Notes under the pieces: model-generated
Databases searched by the model: none
Told to the model about the DNA's origin: nothing
The model's input: the letters and a program-made list of their open reading frames with translations, nothing else
In this document: in pieces, positions 17,051 through 24,533 of the stretch
How positions within the stretch are numbered: the first letter of the stretch is position 1
Layout: each line of letters begins with the position of its first letter
Position numbers and translations under genes: made by a program
From: a virus
DNA: 44,766 bases
Reading direction: 5' to 3' (one strand)
Virus record (IMG/VR): IMGVR_UViG_3300037511_000572

Positions 17051-17573
17051 GCAGGCGCTGGACTTCCTGGAGCGGATGAAGCAGCAGTATTGGGACGTGT
17101 TCAAGGCCAAGCGCGTGCTCGAGCTCGGCAGTCTGGACATGAATGGCTCGCCCAGAGAATTCTTCTGGGCCCCGCAGGACTACGTCGGGGTGGACTGGCG
17201 CGAGGGCAAGGGCGTCGACGAGGTCAGCATGGCCCACGAGTACCGTGGCCGGCACGACGAGTACTTCGACTGCGTGGTGTCCACCGAGATGCTGGAGCAC
17301 GACCCGAAGTGGAGGGAAACCCTCCAGCGCGCGGTCGAGCTGCTCCGACCGGGCGGCCACATTGTGCTGACGATGGCCGGAACCGGCAGGCCTCCTCACG
17401 AAGTGGGCGTGGCCCCGGGCGAGAATCCGTACTACGAGAACCGGACCATCGAGGATATCGTCCAGCACGTCACGTCGCTCGCGCACTTCAGGATGGTGCA
17501 CGCAGAGGACAACCCGAACCCGGGCGACTCGTACTTTCTGTTCTACTGCAAGACCAAAAAGGAGGGCCTCTAA
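17043..17573 (+). CDS. Class I SAM-dependent methyltransferase
   Basis: VLELGSLDMNG (motif I-like), DCVVSTEMLEH and LLRPGGHIVLT. GTG overlaps the upstream stop. Confidence 0.7.
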   Translation: MHRQALDFLERMKQQYWDVFKAKRVLELGSLDMNGSPREFFWAPQDYVGVDWREGKGVDEVSMAHEYRGRHDEYFDCVVSTEMLEHDPKWRETLQRAVELLRPGGHIVLTMAGTGRPPHEVGVAPGENPYYENRTIEDIVQHVTSLAHFRMVHAEDNPNPGDSYFLFYCKTKKEGL

Positions 17574-17574
17574 A

Positions 17575-17973
17575 ATGGGAGAGCCTGTCAAGGACCCGTT
17601 CGTGACGGAGTCCATCACCGTGAAAATACACGATCAAGAGCTGGTGCTGTCACCGCTGCCGTTCAAGAAGTTCCGGGAGGCGATCAGCCTCGCGCGCGGG
17701 GCGTTCGCCCTGGCGCAGACGGCAGCCGAGCAGAACCCCATGGGGATCATAGAGGACGTGCCGACCATCATCATGGCCGAGTTCTGCAAGATCGCGCCCA
17801 TCATATTTTCCAGGCCGGACCTTCCGCCGGAGTGGTTCGACGAGCACGTGTCCGTGCCGCTTGCGCAGCACTGCCTGACCGAGGCGGCGAAGGTGAACGG
17901 GGTGGGTGATTTTTTATCCTATCTCCGGAAGGCCGGGACGCCGACGGCCAAGCCGGAGGCGCAGACGAAGTAG
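17575..17973 (+). CDS. Tail assembly chaperone (gpG-like)
   Basis: 132 aa directly upstream of the tape measure. Contains the slippery heptamer TTTTTTA near its 3' end. Confidence 0.75.
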   Translation: MGEPVKDPFVTESITVKIHDQELVLSPLPFKKFREAISLARGAFALAQTAAEQNPMGIIEDVPTIIMAEFCKIAPIIFSRPDLPPEWFDEHVSVPLAQHCLTEAAKVNGVGDFLSYLRKAGTPTAKPEAQTK

Positions 17974-18203
17974 GCTTTGCTGGCATCCTGCACCTGTTCT
18001 TCACGGCCTACAAGTGGACGCTGCGCGAGGTGGACGAGCTGACGTGGCCGCAGCTCATGGCCCTGAAGAAGCAGATAGAGAGGCGCCCGCCGAACGACGT
18101 GGTTGTGGGCTGGGCGGAGAGCAAGCCGAAGGAGCAGCCCGCCCAGAGCCTGGGGCTGCCGGTCAAAAAGGGAAAAGTAAAGCGGAGGAAAGATGGCGAT
18201 TGA
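17575..18203 (+). CDS. Tail assembly chaperone frameshift fusion (gpGT-like; -1 shift at 17910-17916)
   Basis: The -1 frame is open from 17916 to the TGA at 18201-18203 with high third-position GC. It encodes ...GFAGILHLFFTAYKWTLREVDELTWPQLMALKKQIERRPP... and ends 10 nt into the tape measure gene. Confidence 0.7.
17910..17916 (+). promoter_or_regulatory. -1 programmed ribosomal frameshift slippery site (T TTT TTA)
   Basis: An X XXY YYZ heptamer in the zero frame (gaT TTT TTA) of the chaperone gene. Confidence 0.7.
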
Positions 18204-20055
18204 CGTAGGCGAACTCCTAGTATCCATCAGGGCCGACCTCACCGACCTCAAGAAGGGTCTGGAGGAGTCGAACAAGAAGGTGTCCGAGTTCGGGGCCGGC
18301 ACGGTCGCGAAGGGCGCCCTCATCGCCGACGCCGTGAAGACCGCCGGGATGGCCGTGCTCAAGTTTGGCATGGACAGCCTGAAGGCCTTCGGCGACAGCC
18401 AGGCCGCAGTGTCGAAGCTGGAGCTGGCCCTTAAGAATAACGGGCAGGAGGTCAAGACCACCTCCAAGCAGTTACAGGACTATGCCACCTCCCTGCAGAA
18501 GGTGACCACGTTCTCAGACGAGGCGATCGTCGAAACCGAGGCAATGCTGGCTAACTTCGGCCTCGCCGGCGAGGAGCTGAAGTCCACCACGCGGGCCGCA
18601 CTAGACCTGTCAAAAGGCCTCGGCATAGACCTCCGGACAGCGACCCTCATGCTCGGCAAGGCGGCCGAGGGCGAGACCGGGACACTGGCCAGATACGGGA
18701 TCATCATCGGCGACAACGTGCCGAAGGCCCAGGCGTTCGAGAAGGTCCTCCAGCAGGTCAATACGCGGTTCGGCGGGGCGGCGCAGAACGACCTGGCCAA
18801 CATCAATGGCAAAATGGAGAACTTCGCCAACCGGATCAACGACATCCAGGAGAAGATAGGCAAGTTCCTCTTGCCTGCTTTCGACTTCTGGGCGCAGAAG
18901 GCGGACACCCTCATCGCAGCGATGGACAGGCTGACCGGGGCCGGGGAGAAGGAGGCGCGCGGGCGCGAACTGACCATAGAGGGCTTGAAGCGCGAGCAGC
19001 AGCTCATCATCCAGGGCGCCAAGGAGCGCGGAAGCTACCGCAACGGGGTGCTGTCCCTGACGGACGCGGAGCAGAAAAGGCTAAACCTAATCGGCAGGTC
19101 CATGGCGCGCGAGCGGCAGATGCTGGCGGCCGAGGAGAAGACGAACGAGAAGAAGGTCGAGTCCGTCAAGAGCAGGGTGAAGCAGATCGCGCGACTAAAC
19201 GCCGAGGAGCAGGCCGCGGAGGATAAGAAGAACGCGAATCAGCTAGCCAAGCTAGACGCCAAGACCGCACAGATGCTCGGGAAGCAGATGACCTACGCCT
19301 CCCGCATGATTATGCTACGGATGACATTCAATGAGCAGGACACCGCGCTGCTCACTGCATATCTGGATGAGACGGAGCAGGTGGAGCTAGCATCGCACCT
19401 CAAGCAGCTGGAGGAACATGGCAAGTTCAATGACGCGAAGCTCCTCAAGGAGCAGACGGTCCGCAATGCCAACTCGAAGGCGGCGGAAGATGAGCTCAAG
19501 GAGACAAAGCGCCGGAATACGGAGCGGGCGCAGAATTTCCAGTCCACCTTGAACTTCATATCCTCCCTGGCGCAGGAGAAGAATAAGGTGCTGGCCGGGA
19601 TTGGCAAGGCCTCGGCCGTGTCTGTGGCCACGATTGACACCTTCCAGGCGGCCAACAAGGCCCTGGCCAGCGCGCCCCCGCCTTTCAACTTCGGGCTTGC
19701 GGCTGCGGTCACTGCGGCGGGCATAGCGAATGTCTCCAGGATAGTCGGGGTGAAGCTGGCCCGCGGCGGGGTGGTAGAGCCGCGGAGCGGCGGCACGTCG
19801 GCGGTCATAGGCGAGGCCGGGCAGGCCGAGGCGGTGATCCCGCTCGAGGACCCGCGGACAACCAAGTTACTGGGCAAGGCGCTGGCAGGCACGCGCGGCG
19901 GGGTGACGCTGCAATTCAACATATCCGGGCACTTCATCGAGGGTAGCAAGTCGAAAATGCAGAGGATGATCCGGGAGGCCGTGATCCCGGAGATACACAG
20001 GTACACGGAAATACGTCCGGTGAGCGAGTTCAACCGGCGCAGGGGGCAGGCATAG
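18193..20055 (+). CDS. Tape measure protein
   Basis: 620 aa, helical and low-complexity, immediately after the G/GT genes. Confidence 0.85.
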   Translation: MAIDVGELLVSIRADLTDLKKGLEESNKKVSEFGAGTVAKGALIADAVKTAGMAVLKFGMDSLKAFGDSQAAVSKLELALKNNGQEVKTTSKQLQDYATSLQKVTTFSDEAIVETEAMLANFGLAGEELKSTTRAALDLSKGLGIDLRTATLMLGKAAEGETGTLARYGIIIGDNVPKAQAFEKVLQQVNTRFGGAAQNDLANINGKMENFANRINDIQEKIGKFLLPAFDFWAQKADTLIAAMDRLTGAGEKEARGRELTIEGLKREQQLIIQGAKERGSYRNGVLSLTDAEQKRLNLIGRSMARERQMLAAEEKTNEKKVESVKSRVKQIARLNAEEQAAEDKKNANQLAKLDAKTAQMLGKQMTYASRMIMLRMTFNEQDTALLTAYLDETEQVELASHLKQLEEHGKFNDAKLLKEQTVRNANSKAAEDELKETKRRNTERAQNFQSTLNFISSLAQEKNKVLAGIGKASAVSVATIDTFQAANKALASAPPPFNFGLAAAVTAAGIANVSRIVGVKLARGGVVEPRSGGTSAVIGEAGQAEAVIPLEDPRTTKLLGKALAGTRGGVTLQFNISGHFIEGSKSKMQRMIREAVIPEIHRYTEIRPVSEFNRRRGQA

Positions 20056-20748
20056 ATGGCCTCGACAAACTCGGTATTCGCGAACGACACGAGCATAGCC
20101 TTGGACTGGAACAGCGTGTCCGGGGCGAACCTCTATCACCTCCAAGTAGGCACGGAGCCGGACTTCTCTGGCTCCCTGCTAGTCAACGATAGCGCCCTCG
20201 CGACCTCGGACAAGTCCTTCACGGACTCTGGGTTGGACGACGCCAAGAGGTTTTGGCGCTGGAGATATTCGACCGACGCGGGCACGACATGGTCCGAATG
20301 GTCCGAGGTCGGGAACTACTGGCTCAACACCGCCGGAGCGGCCGACATCACTCCGGCCCAGGGGAAATGGGTGATGTTCGACCCGGACTCCGTGACGGAC
20401 ATGTACACGTTCGTGGACTACCCCATGGACAAGATAGTGGACGAGCAGCTTTACCGGGTGAAAGACCGCAACCGCCGAGGCAACATGTTGACGGAGTGGT
20501 ACAACAGCAAGGCGAGGATCACCCTGCAGTTCGCGGAGACCCTATTCATGACGCACGAGCAGATGCGTGCCTTGAAGAGGTTCAACCTGGAAATTAAGAC
20601 GTTCTTCCTGGCCGTGTACAAGTACAACGGCGTGGACTATGTTCCGCACATATGGAAGGTCGTATTCTCCGAGGACCCCGAGATGAGCATGCTTGCCGCG
20701 GGGCGCGAAGATTTGTTCATAGGCGAGCTGACATTTGAGGAGGTCTGA
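20056..20748 (+). CDS. Tail protein with an N-terminal FN3-like domain (possible distal tail protein)
   Basis: First gene after the tape measure. N-terminus IALDWNSVSGANLYHLQVGTEPDFSG ... WRWRYSTDAGTTWSEWS looks FN3-like. Confidence 0.55.
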   Translation: MASTNSVFANDTSIALDWNSVSGANLYHLQVGTEPDFSGSLLVNDSALATSDKSFTDSGLDDAKRFWRWRYSTDAGTTWSEWSEVGNYWLNTAGAADITPAQGKWVMFDPDSVTDMYTFVDYPMDKIVDEQLYRVKDRNRRGNMLTEWYNSKARITLQFAETLFMTHEQMRALKRFNLEIKTFFLAVYKYNGVDYVPHIWKVVFSEDPEMSMLAAGREDLFIGELTFEEV

Positions 20749-20749
20749 G

Positions 20750-22456
20750 ATGAACTTCAAGAAACTTATCATAGTGGCCGCCCTGGCCCTCGGATTCGCG
20801 GGCATAACACGGGGTGCGGACTTTCCGAGCACGGTCAGCTCGGACAGTACCCTGTTGAACGCCAAGAACAACTGCGGGACGATCCTAACGGCGAGTGTGA
20901 CGAGCGGCGCGACGTCGCTCAGCGTGTCAGATACCTCATGCTTCGCGACGGTCGGATATGTGACCCTGGATGAGGAGGCCATCCTCTGCACTGGGAAAAC
21001 CGCAACCTCTTTCACCGGATGCACGCGAGGGGCAGACGGCACGACGGCAGTATCCCACACAAACGGGACCCCGGCCTACGCGTTCATAGTGGCCGCGCAC
21101 CACAACCTACTGAAGAACGAACTGGTGGCCATCAGTCAATACCTTCTACAGGGCGACCAGGTACACATCACGACCTCCAGCACCCCGGACATGGTCGGCC
21201 TCGGGACGTCTACCCCGGCATACCACATGGACATATGGGATAACGGAACGAACGGACCGCTGGCCGTGAGCACAAGTACGACGGGATCGCCGAAGGCTCT
21301 GGCAGTCAACACCTCCGGCAACGTGACCATGAACGGGTCCTTGTCCGCCGGCGCCGGGACCTTCACGAGCGTTACGGACTCCGGCCTGACGAGCGGACGC
21401 GTCCCAGTGGCAGGCTCCGCGGGGTTACTCGGCGACTTCTCCGGGTTTACACATAACGGCACCACGCTGACCGTGGCCGGTCTGGTCAACACGGGCAACG
21501 CAACCACGGCGGGCAACTCGACTGTGACTGGCACACTGGCCTCCGGGGCGCATACGGCATCGAGCCTGACGGCATCGTCCCTGACCAGTGGGAGGGTGGT
21601 GACCGCAGGGACCGGGGGATTGCTGCAGGACTTCTCTGGCTTCACGCACAATGGAACGACCCTAACCGTGGCGGGGCTGGTGGATACTGGCTCGGGCACG
21701 GTAGCAGGGTCCCTGTCGGTGACCGGCGCCCTGACCGGGTCGACCCTGGATACGGGGCAGGGGGCCAATGAGCTCTATGCGATGAACCAGAACGTCCAGA
21801 CAGGGGATTCCCCGACCTTTGCAGGCGCGACATTCTCCGGCCTGACGGCGAGCCGGGCCGTGCAAACGAATGGATCTAAGGCGCTGGAATCAAGTGTCGT
21901 GACCACGACCGAACTGGGATACTTGAGCGGTGTGACGTCCGCAATCCAAACCCAGATCAGCGCGATCACGGCCACTCCAGCAGGCGCGATTATCATGTTC
22001 GCGTCCTCAACGGCTCCCAGTGGATGGTATATCTGCGACGGGTCGACGAAGTCCAGGACCACAGACGCAACACTCTACACCGCTATAGGAACGACGTTCG
22101 GGACTGGTGACGGATCGACAACATTCAACCTCCCGGACTTTCGCGGCGTCTTCCCAAAAGGATCAGGGACGACGACAAGGGCGGCGGGTGTAGACGCCAG
22201 CGGAAATGCCTATGCCGGGACGTTGGGCACCTACTCCACAGATAAATTCCAAGGACACTATCACAGCGTCCCGCGAAGAACGGACCGGAATACGGCCAGT
22301 GGGGGTTCCGACAAGCCATTATGGGATACCTCCGGGAACCAGGATACTCTCGGAACCACGTCTGCACCGCTCACGGACGGAACGAATGGAACGCCGAGAA
22401 CAGGGCACACTACGGAACCCCAAAGTCTTGGGATCAACTTCATCATCAAATCATAA
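20750..22456 (+). CDS. Tail fibre with a C-terminal phage tail-collar domain and an N-terminal signal-peptide-like segment
   Basis: GAIIMFASSTAPSGWYICDGS ... YTAIGTTFGTGDGSTTFNLPDFRG is the collar-domain signature. Fibre N-domain motif TGCTRGADGTTAVSHTNG. N-terminus MNFKKLIIVAALALGFAGITRGA. Confidence 0.8.
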   Translation: MNFKKLIIVAALALGFAGITRGADFPSTVSSDSTLLNAKNNCGTILTASVTSGATSLSVSDTSCFATVGYVTLDEEAILCTGKTATSFTGCTRGADGTTAVSHTNGTPAYAFIVAAHHNLLKNELVAISQYLLQGDQVHITTSSTPDMVGLGTSTPAYHMDIWDNGTNGPLAVSTSTTGSPKALAVNTSGNVTMNGSLSAGAGTFTSVTDSGLTSGRVPVAGSAGLLGDFSGFTHNGTTLTVAGLVNTGNATTAGNSTVTGTLASGAHTASSLTASSLTSGRVVTAGTGGLLQDFSGFTHNGTTLTVAGLVDTGSGTVAGSLSVTGALTGSTLDTGQGANELYAMNQNVQTGDSPTFAGATFSGLTASRAVQTNGSKALESSVVTTTELGYLSGVTSAIQTQISAITATPAGAIIMFASSTAPSGWYICDGSTKSRTTDATLYTAIGTTFGTGDGSTTFNLPDFRGVFPKGSGTTTRAAGVDASGNAYAGTLGTYSTDKFQGHYHSVPRRTDRNTASGGSDKPLWDTSGNQDTLGTTSAPLTDGTNGTPRTGHTTEPQSLGINFIIKS

Positions 22457-22469
22457 GGAGGATTGATTT

Positions 22470-22805
22470 ATGGGCTTAGAGATTAATATCTTAAACAAGT
22501 ACGATGGGAAAACAGTTCCGGCCTTCCATGTTATCGACTTGATCAATATAAGGCTCGTGGATAATCTCATCCAGGTGTTTGGGCGCGTATTCGTCTCGGA
22601 GGAAGCTTTTAAGTCCGGCCTCGCCCCGCTCGACAACTTCTCTTTCATTTTCCCAGACCTGCGCGAACTCATGAAGGCGCATCCCTCCGCGGTCGAGGCG
22701 GATGCATATGCTTGGTTAAAGTCTCTCCCGCAATTCGCGGGGGCGATAGACAAGCCGGTAGGGCCGAACCCTATCGTGGCCGGCGAGAGCGTCCACAAGC
22801 CGTAA
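22470..22805 (+). CDS. Hypothetical protein (111 aa) in a lower-GC patch
   Basis: AAGGAGG RBS. Sits between the fibre and baseplate genes. A fibre-chaperone role is only a guess. Confidence 0.55.
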   Translation: MGLEINILNKYDGKTVPAFHVIDLINIRLVDNLIQVFGRVFVSEEAFKSGLAPLDNFSFIFPDLRELMKAHPSAVEADAYAWLKSLPQFAGAIDKPVGPNPIVAGESVHKP

Positions 22806-22818
22806 AAGGAGGCGCCTC

Positions 22819-24531
22819 ATGGCCCAATTCAATACCTTCCAGTTCAATAAAAAGCAGTTCAACGCGGACGCGACCGAATCGTTCTTCACTGAGATTGAGA
22901 AGCTACTCGATACGAAACCGCGTTTTAAGATTGAGTTCATTGACACCTCCGGCGTGGCCACGGATATTTCTGAATATTACGAGGCTGGCGGCGAGGTTGA
23001 ACGAGTCAAGGAGCGTGCGCCGGACGAGATTCAGGCCGGCGACTTCGACATCGTCTTGAAAAACCACGATGACAATTTCTCGGAATACAAGGCCGGAGGG
23101 TTACTATTTGGAATCCAGTATCATGGCGCAAGGATCAGGGTATGGGCCGGGTTTCAGCTGTCGGACGGCAGCGTAGTATACAAGATCCAGCAAGTCGGGT
23201 ACATCGACGAGCTGATCGCCCATGACGACGAGTCAAAAGTCACGTTCAGGTGCCGCGACCTGATGCGGTCCGTGCTGGACCAGAAAATGCACAACAGGCC
23301 GGCCAGCGAGGTGCCTGTTGCCGGCACGTCCAATGTCGGGGATGGGACCTGCTCAGCCATCGCGACGAAGCCGTTCAAGACGGTGGATGAGGATTGGACC
23401 CTGACTTGCACGACCCCCGGAGCGGACGGCGTCGCGCAGTTCTCGGTGGTAGGGTCGGTCTCTGGTAACGTCGGCACAGCCACGAGTGGCACGGAGTTTA
23501 GCACCGGGAACGGGGTAGGAGGGGTAAAGTTCACCCTGACCTCCGGATTACTGGTGGACTGGGCCGCCGGGGATTCATTCACCTTCAGTACCCGCCAGTA
23601 CCCGGAGTGGCAGTCCGTCAACCCGGTCAAGATCCTGTGGGCCGTGTTGACCGGGCATAATTTCGATACGGGCTCGGAGGAGGCCTGGTCAGACATGGTC
23701 ATCGGGTTGGATAGCACGCTCTCCAGCGACAACCCGGAGCTGGATTACGACTCCTTCGTCACGGCGGCAGCGCAGTTCGGGGCGGCGGATGCGCTGACCG
23801 GGTACGTGGCCTACGCGGAGGAGTGCACCGACTTTCTTCAAAGTATCCTGCTGATCTTCCTCGGCGCGCTGTATACCAACGGCGACGGGAGGATCAAGAT
23901 TCAGAGTTTTCAGCCGGTCTACCTGGGCGGCGCGCGAGAATATGCCGACGACAAAAAGATCATGAAGCTGGGGTATAACAGGGCGGTGTCCGAAATCATC
24001 AACAACGTCACAGTTCATTACAAAGGCAAGGACTCCTGGGAGTTCTCTGACCAGGATGTGGACTACGACGCCGTCTACTCGGCGCAGGATGCTAACAGCA
24101 TCGTGAGGTACAAGTCGGTCTACCCGTTCGAGGAGAGCCTGAAATGGTTCACACCCTCGGGTGTCCATGCCCAAGACTTCGCGAACAGGCTCATCGTGAA
24201 GTACAAGGACCCGCCGCTCGTGATAGACTTCGAGACCGGCGCGGACGGCATCATCGCTCAGATCGGGGACCGGATTGAGGTGACCGACGACAAGTACGGT
24301 TTCGACAGGTTGAACTGCGAGGTCTCGGCCATCACAAAGAAGTTCGACTCGAGCCCGGTGACCGTGGCCATCAAAGCGCGCCGCGATGGGGACTTGGATC
24401 TCCAGTACGGATACCTCGGCAGCCGCGTCGACGAGGGCGACGGGATCAGCCCGCAGGCCGACACGTTCGCGGCCGCAACCGACTCGGACAAGACGTTCTG
24501 CTATCTCACTGACGATTACAGGATGTTCTGA
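22819..24531 (+). CDS. Tail tip / baseplate structural protein
   Basis: 570 aa with an AAAGGAGG RBS. Located in the tail-tip gene block. Family not recognised by eye. Confidence 0.6.
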   Translation: MAQFNTFQFNKKQFNADATESFFTEIEKLLDTKPRFKIEFIDTSGVATDISEYYEAGGEVERVKERAPDEIQAGDFDIVLKNHDDNFSEYKAGGLLFGIQYHGARIRVWAGFQLSDGSVVYKIQQVGYIDELIAHDDESKVTFRCRDLMRSVLDQKMHNRPASEVPVAGTSNVGDGTCSAIATKPFKTVDEDWTLTCTTPGADGVAQFSVVGSVSGNVGTATSGTEFSTGNGVGGVKFTLTSGLLVDWAAGDSFTFSTRQYPEWQSVNPVKILWAVLTGHNFDTGSEEAWSDMVIGLDSTLSSDNPELDYDSFVTAAAQFGAADALTGYVAYAEECTDFLQSILLIFLGALYTNGDGRIKIQSFQPVYLGGAREYADDKKIMKLGYNRAVSEIINNVTVHYKGKDSWEFSDQDVDYDAVYSAQDANSIVRYKSVYPFEESLKWFTPSGVHAQDFANRLIVKYKDPPLVIDFETGADGIIAQIGDRIEVTDDKYGFDRLNCEVSAITKKFDSSPVTVAIKARRDGDLDLQYGYLGSRVDEGDGISPQADTFAAATDSDKTFCYLTDDYRMF

Positions 24532-24533
24532 CC

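Noticed and set aside
17971-17973. Read-through of the chaperone TAG stop as the route to the extension
   Set aside because: The in-frame continuation after the TAG (ALLASCTCSSRPTSGRCARWTS*) is short and not protein-like. The -1 frameshift explains the downstream coding signal.
17906-18208. Track ORF 17906..18208 (+) considered as the T-extension of the tail chaperone
   Set aside because: It lies in the +1 frame relative to the chaperone and translates to an Arg-rich string. The -1 frame, entered at TTTTTTA, carries the coding signal.
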